DNA of 45,769 bases from positions 1 to 45,769 of the forward strand of contig DFBE01000066.1 in NCBI GenBank assembly GCA_002367275.1, in the 5' to 3' direction. Of this stretch, positions 36,237-44,172 are shown piece after piece. The stretch is from Dehalococcoidia bacterium UBA3088. Lineage in GTDB: Bacteria > Chloroflexota > Dehalococcoidia > UBA2247 > UBA3088. The notes beneath the pieces were generated by a model. It searched no databases. It was not told the DNA's origin and saw nothing but the letters and a program-made list of their open reading frames with translations. Made by a program: the position numbers and the translations under genes. Numbering within the stretch: the first letter of the stretch is position 1; each line of letters begins with the position of its first letter.

Positions 36237-37082
36237 TCAGATCCTTGCCCGGGACCATCCTCTTCGCCGGTTCGTAAAATAATCATAGTCGATCTCCTTC
36301 TTGAGCAGGGTGCCCGCGAAGGGAACCTCTGAGGCTATCCTCGCTGGAGGTATCCCTCCCAGGGTGAGGGCCTGGATCCAGTCTATAAGCTCACTGGTGG
36401 AAGGCTTCTTTCTGAACTCCTCTACCCCTCTAAGGGCGTAAAAGGCCTTCAAAGCCTCCCTTAGAAGGTTATCCTGGATATGGGGAAAATGCACTCTGAC
36501 GATCTCTTCCATGAGCTTAGGGTCGGGAAAATCGATGTAGTGAAAGATGCAGCGCCGGAGGAAAGCATCGGGAAGTTCCTTCTCGGCATTGCTGGTGATG
36601 ATAACTATGGGTCTGTATCGGGCGGCAATGGTTTCATTGGTTTCAGGGATATAGAAGCTCATCTCGTCCAGCTCATTTAAGAGGTCATTGGGAAACTCAA
36701 TGTCTGCCTTATCTATCTCATCGATCAGAAGCACTACTTGCTCTTCGGATACGAAAGCCTGCCCCAGTTTCCCCAGTTTTATATACTGTTTGATGTCGGA
36801 GACGTCTCTATCCCCAAAGCGGCTATCGTTTAAACGCTGTACGGTATCGTATATATACAGCCCTTCCTGGGCCTTGGTGGTCGACTTTATGTTCCATATT
36901 ATGATTCTCTTATCTAACCCTTGGGCAATGCTATGGGCTAGCAGGGTCTTCCCTGTTCCCGGTTCTCCCCTCACCAGAAGAGGCCTTTTCAGGGCTATGG
37001 TCACATTGACCGCGTTTTTGAGGGCAAGCGAAATAACATAGTCCTCTGATCCTCTGAACTGATCAAAGCTGGTATCGGACAT
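36237..37082 (-). CDS. MoxR-like AAA+ ATPase
   Basis: Walker A GEPGTGKT, Walker B VVLLIDEIDKA, and LPDAFLRRC sensor region. Its stop is 6 nt from the VWA gene start. Confidence 0.88.
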   Translation of the reverse strand: MSDTSFDQFRGSEDYVISLALKNAVNVTIALKRPLLVRGEPGTGKTLLAHSIAQGLDKRIIIWNIKSTTKAQEGLYIYDTVQRLNDSRFGDRDVSDIKQYIKLGKLGQAFVSEEQVVLLIDEIDKADIEFPNDLLNELDEMSFYIPETNETIAARYRPIVIITSNAEKELPDAFLRRCIFHYIDFPDPKLMEEIVRVHFPHIQDNLLREALKAFYALRGVEEFRKKPSTSELIDWIQALTLGGIPPARIASEVPFAGTLLKKEIDYDYFTNRRRGWSRARI

Positions 37083-37173
37083 ATCCTGGTTAAGTATATC
37101 TACAAGGTGAGTTGAAAATCAATAGCAAAATTTCCCTTACACCTTTGCTCTGCCGCGGTTTTAGGTCTTGTCC

Positions 37174-37668
37174 TCAGTGAGAGCCATACCGGTCGTAGAA
37201 AGTGATACTGCCTAAATCCTTCCTTCCAACCTTTGGAGATTCGTCAGGATAACCTATGGAAATAACCGAGAGCACCATCTTCTCCTCAGGGATTCCTAAT
37301 ATGTGTTTTACCTTCCCGTCATGGGGTGCAATCCAGCAGCTCCCCAGCCCCAGGAAATGTGAGGCGAGGAGGATGTTCTGTGTTGCCGTAGCACCATCCT
37401 CCGGGGGATGAGTGGAACGCTCAGGATCCACCAGTACAACAATTCCCAGAGGAGCCTGGTGGAGGAACCTGCCATAAGGAAGAACTTCGGCCACCTTCCT
37501 CTTCAGTTCCTCATTTCTTAGAACGATGAATTCCCAGGGTTGAGAGTTGTGGGCTGAGGGGGCCCATATTGCTGCCTCCAGGATCTTATCCACTTTCTCC
37601 TGAGGAACAGGATCCTCTCTATATTTCCTGATGCTCCTTCTACCTTTGATTGCCTCCAGGACGTCCAT
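37174..37668 (-). CDS. Nitroreductase-family flavoprotein
   Basis: MDVLEAIKGRRSIRKY...APSAHNSQPWEF. The ATG at 37668 is preceded by GGAAGGAGG. The track ORF extends to a TTG at 37695. Confidence 0.85.
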   Translation of the reverse strand: MDVLEAIKGRRSIRKYREDPVPQEKVDKILEAAIWAPSAHNSQPWEFIVLRNEELKRKVAEVLPYGRFLHQAPLGIVVLVDPERSTHPPEDGATATQNILLASHFLGLGSCWIAPHDGKVKHILGIPEEKMVLSVISIGYPDESPKVGRKDLGSITFYDRYGSH

Positions 37669-37707
37669 TAGACCTCCTTCCTGCCCTGATAGCAAAGCTC
37701 CAGAGGC

Positions 37708-38817
37708 TTAATGTACCCTCTTTTCCTGCCACTCATAAAGCATGTCCATAAACCCTGGAGGAGGGATATCTTCCCTGATTCTGGTAAGTGTTATCGCTTC
37801 TTGAGGGCAGTGAGAGGCACAAAGCCCACAGCCGATACACCTTTCCTCCAGCACCTTTATTTCGTCATCTGACATATCAGCCTCATGCCCCAGATGGTGG
37901 TATAAAGCGCTCATGGGGCATATTTTAATACACGCCTCGCATTTATTGCATTTTTCTTTATCGATGGAGGGGGCAAAATTGGACTTCACAAAGGCACGAG
38001 GGTTGTGTAGCTCCAGCAGGCCCTTAAGGATGCCACAACAACAGGTACAGCAGTTGCATATAAATAGCCTCTCCTCTTGTGAGTTTGAAGTCATGTGGAC
38101 CAATCCCTTTTTCTCGCATTGAGTAAGTATTTCCAGAGCCTTATCCTTATCTATCTGTCTGAATAATCCCTGGTCCACCAGGGAGTCGGAAAATCCGTGG
38201 GAGAGTACATCAGCACCTGAATCCAGGAAAAAGCAGGTTTCTAAAGGATTATCGCAGCGCTTAAGCAGGGTACGGCACATACAATTGCCCACAAATATCC
38301 TGTTCGCCTCTGAGAGAAGGTTACCTGTTCTTTCGAAGGGAATTACCTTGGAGCGAGGGTCAATCGATCTCTCGATGGGTATCACCCTGGCCCAGGGAGA
38401 CTTTGATGCCCCTATCTCGTGGCCGATAACGGGGTATACTGAGTCATAAACTTGGGCTATCATCGAAAGTAGACCCTCCTCCCCCCTTTTGGCTGCCCCC
38501 ATGATGAAGAACTCCGCAGCACCCGGCACCAGAGGAGGGAAGGCATAGCTTCCTTCCTCCTTGAAGAAGGCCACTAACCCCATTTGTGAAGTGCGTTCAA
38601 GGACAGAGGTTACAAAGGAAACATCCAGACCTGTACTCTTAGCTATCTCTGAAGGTTTCTTCCGGGGAGAAAGTAATTCTAGCTCTGCGAGCACTCTTGC
38701 CTCCTCTAAGGGAATGACTAGCTTCAGCAAATCCTTGCCCATCTGAGGGAGGCGAAGAGGAGCCCAGAACTTCTTCCTTATTTTCTCATATACTTCTTCA
38801 GTTTCATCTTGCGCCAT
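37708..38817 (-). CDS. Fe-S protein: N-terminal winged-helix-like region, CC-rich motif and 2x[4Fe-4S] ferredoxin domain
   Basis: CNCCTCCCG cluster. CNKCEACIKICP and CIGCGLCASHCP ferredoxin motifs. Additional CMCR...C...C cysteines. AAGGAGG Shine-Dalgarno. Confidence 0.75.
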   Translation of the reverse strand: MAQDETEEVYEKIRKKFWAPLRLPQMGKDLLKLVIPLEEARVLAELELLSPRKKPSEIAKSTGLDVSFVTSVLERTSQMGLVAFFKEEGSYAFPPLVPGAAEFFIMGAAKRGEEGLLSMIAQVYDSVYPVIGHEIGASKSPWARVIPIERSIDPRSKVIPFERTGNLLSEANRIFVGNCMCRTLLKRCDNPLETCFFLDSGADVLSHGFSDSLVDQGLFRQIDKDKALEILTQCEKKGLVHMTSNSQEERLFICNCCTCCCGILKGLLELHNPRAFVKSNFAPSIDKEKCNKCEACIKICPMSALYHHLGHEADMSDDEIKVLEERCIGCGLCASHCPQEAITLTRIREDIPPPGFMDMLYEWQEKRVH

Positions 38818-38927
38818 GATACCTCCTTTGCTACAGCTATTATAGATCTTTTGCTCTTAGCTGATAAAGCTTATTGTCTCAGCTGAGTCTGTAACAATTT
38901 GGTCGGTGGATAGAGGCGCCCCATCAT

Positions 38928-39041
38928 GTCATTGCGAGGGGCAAAGCCCCAAAGCAATCTCGGCAGGGAGGGAAAACGATAATGAGATTGCGGAGCAAGA
39001 GTTTATCCTGAGCTGACAGAAGACGAAGGGCTCGCAATGAC
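38928..39041. repeat. Nested palindromic intergenic element
   Basis: Perfect 11-bp inverted repeat GTCATTGCGAG (38928-38938) / CTCGCAATGAC (39031-39041). Inner 8-bp pair GCAATCTC (38954-38961) / GAGATTGC (38984-38991). Local hairpin ATTGC-GGGGC-aaa-GCCCC-GCAAT (38931-38958). Confidence 0.7.
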
Positions 39042-39164
39042 CCAAGACCTTTCAAGGTTCACCGACAAAAATGATACAGTAACGTCTCAACTGACAAGAG
39101 AACTTCTACACAGGGGATCAGTGTCAGTATATTCCCCACAGGAGGAAAATCTTCTTTGCTTATA

Positions 39165-39767
39165 TTATGGACAAGGAAGGCCATCATATCTCTTTTTATA
39201 GTATTCCTGCCTTGAATCCTGGAGGAATGTTCGATAGGAAGATGAGTTAATGGGGGGTGTAGTCATGATTATGGCATCCTCCAGGTTGTCGGTGTAGTAG
39301 TGACGACGGATCCCCGCCTCTCCAAACCCATATTTCCGATACAGAGATTGAGCAGCAAGATTGGAGGCACGAACCTCCAGGGTAACCACATCTACCGGAA
39401 GGCTCATGGCATATTCGATTATTGACATGAGTAGAAGCTCACCGATTCCCCTGCGTTGTAGCCTTTGGCGCACGGCGATGGCCGAAAGATGAGCCTCATC
39501 CAGCAGGATCCAAATGCCCGCATAGCCGCCGATGTAAATACTGTAGCGAGTGGAGGATGAAAACCGCTTTAGCCAGGAAAATAGGCCCTGCCCCTTTCTA
39601 TCCTCACTGAGGTCACTATTCACCTCAGCCACAAAGTATACTGAAGACCTGTTTTCCAGCTCTCTATGGAAGGAAACATAGGGTTGGTCGGCGAAAGCCT
39701 CACGGTCGATTTCTGTTGCCTGAGGTATGTCCTCCTTCATCATGCGGCGAACAGTATAGTCCATCAT
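39165..39767 (-). CDS. rimI: Ribosomal-protein-alanine N-acetyltransferase (GNAT)
   Basis: VRRMMKEDIPQATEIDREAF...RRGIGELLL acetyl-CoA motif. The start abuts the holA stop. Confidence 0.8.
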   Translation of the reverse strand: MMDYTVRRMMKEDIPQATEIDREAFADQPYVSFHRELENRSSVYFVAEVNSDLSEDRKGQGLFSWLKRFSSSTRYSIYIGGYAGIWILLDEAHLSAIAVRQRLQRRGIGELLLMSIIEYAMSLPVDVVTLEVRASNLAAQSLYRKYGFGEAGIRRHYYTDNLEDAIIMTTPPINSSSYRTFLQDSRQEYYKKRYDGLPCP

Positions 39768-40691
39768 CTAAGCTCTCATCATAAGCTCAGCCAGGAGAAT
39801 ATCCAGGGTCAGCCTGGGTGGGCCTCCAGTCTTGATACGCAGATCAGCCTCAGCCAACTTACCATAGGCTGAAGTTAACTCAAGGCAGGACTGATTTTCT
39901 GCCTGGGACAGGATCTTACTCAGGGCATAGCCTTGAACACCCAGGATATCGCACATATTTGCAGGGGGCAAGCCCTGGTCCATAAGCTCCTTTGCCTGAA
40001 TGAGCAAACGAAATTGACGGCAGAGCATGGAGAGGATGTAGGGCGGAGTAGCCCCGGAGAGCAAAAGATAGTGAAGAGCCCCCAGAGCTTTACCCAGATG
40101 TCCCTCCAGTATTGAGTCCACCAGGGAGAATATGCTTTCCTTTAAGGATAGTGATGTAAGCTTTATCACATCCTCTTTATCAATTCTTCGGCCATGAGCA
40201 TAGAGTGAAAGCTTGGCTATCTCACTGGAGAGCATCCCCAGGTCGTCGGGTGTGAATTCACACAGGATATCGACTGCATCAGAGGATATGTTTCCTCCCT
40301 CCTTCTCCACCTGCGATAGTATCCATCGCCGGAGCTTTTCTCCTCGGGGAGGGGTAAACCTCTTGACATGAGCCTGAGGGCAGAGGTTTAAGGGAAACCT
40401 ACTTTCCTCATCCAATATTATAACAAAGGTGGTCGGAGGTAGATTCTGGGCCAGGTGGGAGAACTTCTTCCGGGTAGATGGCGAATTGAGCACATTTAAA
40501 GTTCCCTCCAGGATGATTACCCTTCGGGGTGAGAGGAAGGGTAGGGAAAGGAAAGCAGCCTCAAACTCTCCCAAACTGACCTTTTTTCCATCCAGGAAGA
40601 TGATGTCTGCCTCTAATACCCCCTCCCGAAGGCTCCGGACCTCCTGTTGCATGGAAAAGCGGTCCTTGCCCTGGAATATAAATAGTGGCAT
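39768..40691 (-). CDS. holA: DNA polymerase III delta subunit
   Basis: Size and overall pattern (IFQGKDRF...; LSLYAHGRRIDKEDV; C-terminal helical domain). Conserved synteny with rimI is common. Confidence 0.75.
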   Translation of the reverse strand: MPLFIFQGKDRFSMQQEVRSLREGVLEADIIFLDGKKVSLGEFEAAFLSLPFLSPRRVIILEGTLNVLNSPSTRKKFSHLAQNLPPTTFVIILDEESRFPLNLCPQAHVKRFTPPRGEKLRRWILSQVEKEGGNISSDAVDILCEFTPDDLGMLSSEIAKLSLYAHGRRIDKEDVIKLTSLSLKESIFSLVDSILEGHLGKALGALHYLLLSGATPPYILSMLCRQFRLLIQAKELMDQGLPPANMCDILGVQGYALSKILSQAENQSCLELTSAYGKLAEADLRIKTGGPPRLTLDILLAELMMRA

Positions 40692-40753
40692 TTTTTCCGT
40701 TTAGAGTTAGAATTTAACAGTAGTATTGTAGCAAAACAAAGGAGGAAAATGTA

Positions 40754-41116
40754 ATGGGGAGTTTCTCTCTCAAAGGGAATATCGGATTTTATCTCTCTCT
40801 GGTAGGGGGTGCCATCCTCTTCTTTTTCGGGGTTATGTATGCGTCAAATCCAGTCGGCATATTAGAAAGCCTGGAGGAACAGGGCACCGATATCAGCGAT
40901 ATGACTGAGGAATCCATAAGGCAAATGGGCATGATAGGGGCAGTATGCGGGATAGCCACTCTGGGGGGAGGGCTACTTGCCCATTACAAAGAAGATAAGC
41001 TAAAGATGGGAGGCATAATGGCCATCGCCGGGTCGGCCATTGCTCTCCTATTTACAATGAATATTCTAGCCATAGTGGGCATAGTGGGGGGAGGCTTAAT
41101 CCTGGCTCGAAAGTAG
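40754..41116 (+). CDS. Small Gly-rich integral membrane protein, hypothetical
   Basis: About four hydrophobic segments. AGGAGGAAAATG region upstream. The 3' end overlaps the convergent gene by 21 nt. Confidence 0.55.
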   Translation: MGSFSLKGNIGFYLSLVGGAILFFFGVMYASNPVGILESLEEQGTDISDMTEESIRQMGMIGAVCGIATLGGGLLAHYKEDKLKMGGIMAIAGSAIALLFTMNILAIVGIVGGGLILARK

Positions 41117-42112
41117 GGCTTTCTTAAGCCGGGCATAGGTCTCATCCAACGCCTCTGACACCACCTTGGTGGAGGAGAGAATGGGCATATAGTTAGTATC
41201 TCCCTCCCAACGGGGGACGATGTGGGTGTGCAGATGACCTTCCACTCCCGCCCCGGCTACTCTACCCAAATTTACCCCCAGATTGAACCCTTGAGGAGAA
41301 AGGGCTGCTTTGATGACCTTCATTGCCTGAACTATCATATCCAGATGCTCTTCCCTCTCAGCTTTATCCAGCTCTTCTACATTTCCCACATGCCTTAGGG
41401 GAGCCACCATCAAATGGCCAGTGTTGTAGGGATAGGCGTTGAGCAAGCAAAAGTTAGTCTTTCCCCGTAGAAGGACATAGTTTTTTCCATCGTGAGCTTC
41501 TTGAGCCACCCGACACAAGAAGCAGCCCTCTTCCCGGGGAGAGAGGATATATTCCACTCTCCAGGGAGCCCAAAGGAAGGAGATCTTAGGTGGTGTGGGG
41601 ATATTCTGGGTATAGTACTTTATACGACAGCCAAACTCCACCCTCTCCAGCGTCTCATAAGCCTCCTCAAAGTCTTGACCTCCGCAGACGATCCCATGCC
41701 CCTTTATCAGACAGCCCTTGCTTTTCTTAAGGGCCCAAGCGGCATGACGGGCTAGCTCAGACGATCCTTCTTTCCCTTGGATTATGGGGGTAATTTCACC
41801 TTCAATATCTACCCCACCTTCATACATCGAGGAACAAACAATGGAGAAAGGAGGGTGAGCATGTATAATTGCCTGATAAGAAGTATTCTGATAGATCTCC
41901 CGGTGCATTTTGAGCTCAGAGGAAGCTTCCTTATCCATCTCATGCTTTCCGGATATAGGAAGAGCCATTATCTTTCCGGTGAGGTCATCCAATCTTGTCC
42001 CTGTTTTGGTAATAAATAGCTCATCACCCACCCTCTTACTGATGTTGCCAAAGGTGGCATGGGTAAACTCTTTTTCCACCACCTTCCTTCCGTAGTGGAT
42101 AATCTCATCCAT
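41096..42112 (-). CDS. Class II aldolase/adducin-family domain fused to a HIT-family (Ap4A phosphorylase-like) domain
   Basis: N-terminal half: THATFGNIS...IHAHPPF...IKGHGIVC. C-terminal half: WAPWRVEYI...CFLC...LLNAYPYNTGHLMVAP...GHLHTHIVPRWEGDTNYMP. The ATG at 42112 lies 2 nt after the HAD stop. The track ORF extends to 42181. Confidence 0.8.
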   Translation of the reverse strand: MDEIIHYGRKVVEKEFTHATFGNISKRVGDELFITKTGTRLDDLTGKIMALPISGKHEMDKEASSELKMHREIYQNTSYQAIIHAHPPFSIVCSSMYEGGVDIEGEITPIIQGKEGSSELARHAAWALKKSKGCLIKGHGIVCGGQDFEEAYETLERVEFGCRIKYYTQNIPTPPKISFLWAPWRVEYILSPREEGCFLCRVAQEAHDGKNYVLLRGKTNFCLLNAYPYNTGHLMVAPLRHVGNVEELDKAEREEHLDMIVQAMKVIKAALSPQGFNLGVNLGRVAGAGVEGHLHTHIVPRWEGDTNYMPILSSTKVVSEALDETYARLKKALLSSQD

Positions 42113-42737
42113 CAAGCTTTCCCTCAAGTTCCTCAAGGCTATGAAGGACAAATTCCCCTTCTTTAGCTCCTGTCCGGTCAAGGAAATAACATCTGATGCC
42201 TAAGTTCCGGGGGACATGAAAATCGAATTCAAGGTGATCCCCAATATGGATAAGTTCTTCGGGGTGAAGCTTAAGCCTCCTTAATATCTGGGTGTAAAAA
42301 GAACCTTCTTTTTTCACTATCCCGAAATCAGAAGGGGCAGAAAAGATGAAGGAGAAGTAGTTCCGTAGTTTATCCTGTTTCAGCTCAATTTCAATAAATT
42401 CTCTGGTCGCATTGGAGGCCAGGATAAGGTTGAATTTCTGCTTAAGGCGAGGGATTATCTCATAAACATCGGGGTAGAACTCTACCATGGGCTCATACTG
42501 GGATAGAAGTTTTTTCCATTCCCCGTTTAAGCCAAAACGGCGACACCAGTACTTGATGTCATACCATTCTACCCTTCCCTCACCTACCTTCTGGTACTCT
42601 TGCTCTACATAGCTTTGGGCCCTGGATATTTCTATACCGTATCGCTTCGCATAAATCCTGGGCATTCCCTCATGCCACACCTTATGGCTGAATTCAGAGC
42701 AAACCAGCGTTCCATCCAGGTCAAAGGAAATAATCAT
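42105..42737 (-). CDS. HAD-superfamily hydrolase
   Basis: MIISFDLDGTL (DxDxT motif I) and IHIGDHLEFD (motif IV). Confidence 0.82.
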   Translation of the reverse strand: MIISFDLDGTLVCSEFSHKVWHEGMPRIYAKRYGIEISRAQSYVEQEYQKVGEGRVEWYDIKYWCRRFGLNGEWKKLLSQYEPMVEFYPDVYEIIPRLKQKFNLILASNATREFIEIELKQDKLRNYFSFIFSAPSDFGIVKKEGSFYTQILRRLKLHPEELIHIGDHLEFDFHVPRNLGIRCYFLDRTGAKEGEFVLHSLEELEGKLDG

Positions 42738-43261
42738 TTGAGGCTAAGAATGGATATATTACGGTTAGTGTAGATGCATACGTCGGAGGCAATCTCCATG
42801 GATATGCGGGCGATATCCACCGCCCCCAGCTCGGAGTAGCCCAGAAGGGCCTTAGCTGCTGCCTGGGCATACCCTGCCCCGGAGCCAATGGCTATGGCAT
42901 CCCCATCAGGCTCGACCACCTCGCCTTCACCGGAGATGACTAACATATCGTCTGTGCTGGCCACGATGATCCAGGCCTCCAGGTGGCGAAGTATCCTATC
43001 GCTTCTCCATTCCTTCACCAGCTCCACGGCTGCCCGCCTCAACTTTCCCCCATTTTTCTCCACATAGTTTTCAAATTTATCAAACAGGGTGAGAGCATCT
43101 CCCACCGCTCCAGCAAACCCACAGATCACCTTCCCATTATACAGGGAACGCAGCTTGGAAGCCTTATGCTTCAGGACAGTATCCCCCATGGTTATCTGGC
43201 CATCGCCAGCTATGGCCACCTCTCCATTTCTTCTCACCGCAATTATGGTTGTTCCAGTCAA
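42734..43261 (-). CDS. hslV: HslV (ATP-dependent protease, proteasome-like subunit)
   Basis: TTIIAVRRNGEVAIAGDGQIT...GFAGAVGDALTL...GSGAGYAQAAA. TTG start after GAGGTAGGG. Confidence 0.88.
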   Translation of the reverse strand: MTGTTIIAVRRNGEVAIAGDGQITMGDTVLKHKASKLRSLYNGKVICGFAGAVGDALTLFDKFENYVEKNGGKLRRAAVELVKEWRSDRILRHLEAWIIVASTDDMLVISGEGEVVEPDGDAIAIGSGAGYAQAAAKALLGYSELGAVDIARISMEIASDVCIYTNRNISILSLK

Positions 43262-43328
43262 ATTCGCCCTACCTCGGAGATAAGAATAATAAGTCTATCT
43301 CCAAATTTTACCATATTTAACATCAGGG

Positions 43329-44171
43329 CTACTTAGGAAGGTGCTCTCGGTACATTGTCTCAAGATCTGATAGCTCCTCCACGGGTGTGGGTATCACCCG
43401 AGAGTCGTTTTCCATAATCTTTCGGGCAAGCTCTCTGAATATCTCTGCCTCCCTGGAATCGGGGGCGTACTCCAGTACCGCCTTTCCTTTTATCTCACAG
43501 GCTTGAATTGTGGGAGTACGGGGGACAAGCTCAATGAATTTACTCCCCAACCTTTGGGCAAACGCAGGTAGAACTTCCCTTTCCAGCCTTTCATCTCCAC
43601 CGCTATTGCCTATTACCCCCGAAAGCCCGGTATCTCCCCTCTTAGCCAGGCGCTGAATGGCTTTGGCAATGTTGTTGGCCGCATAGATGCTCATAAAGCC
43701 TCCTGAGCAGATAAGATAGATCTCCCGGGCAAATCCGTGACGGATGGGTTGAGCAAATCCACCGCAGACTACATCCCCCAGAACATCGTAGATGGCAATA
43801 TCTATACCATAAGTTTCAAAGGCCTTAAGGTCAGTAAGTATCTGAAGCGCAGTCAGCACTCCCCTCCCCGCACAGCCAATACCTGGTTCTGGACCCCCTG
43901 ATTCCACACAGCAAACCCCATTAGGGGCTTCAAATATGATGTCCGGAAGTGCGATGGCATATTCATCCTTACCCATCCGGAGCTTCTCCCGAAGTGTCTC
44001 CAGGACAGTGGTGATGAGTCGACCCCCGGCTAAAATCCGGGTGGAATCTCTCTTGGGGTCACATCCTACCTGCATCACTTTTAGTCCCCTCTCTTTTAAA
44101 GCCATGGATAGGTTTGAGGCAATGGTGCTTTTCCCTATTCCTCCTTTACCATATATAGCTATTTGTCTCAT
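43329..44171 (-). CDS. Nitrogenase iron protein-like ATPase (NifH/BchL/CfbC family)
   Basis: IAIYGKGGIGKST P-loop. CVESGGPEPGIGCAGRG and DVLGDVVCGGFAQP carry both [4Fe-4S] Cys ligands. ATG at 44171 follows GAGGTGGTGA, 1 nt after the upstream stop. The track ORF extends to 44228. Confidence 0.88.
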   Translation of the reverse strand: MRQIAIYGKGGIGKSTIASNLSMALKERGLKVMQVGCDPKRDSTRILAGGRLITTVLETLREKLRMGKDEYAIALPDIIFEAPNGVCCVESGGPEPGIGCAGRGVLTALQILTDLKAFETYGIDIAIYDVLGDVVCGGFAQPIRHGFAREIYLICSGGFMSIYAANNIAKAIQRLAKRGDTGLSGVIGNSGGDERLEREVLPAFAQRLGSKFIELVPRTPTIQACEIKGKAVLEYAPDSREAEIFRELARKIMENDSRVIPTPVEELSDLETMYREHLPK

Positions 44172-44172
44172 C

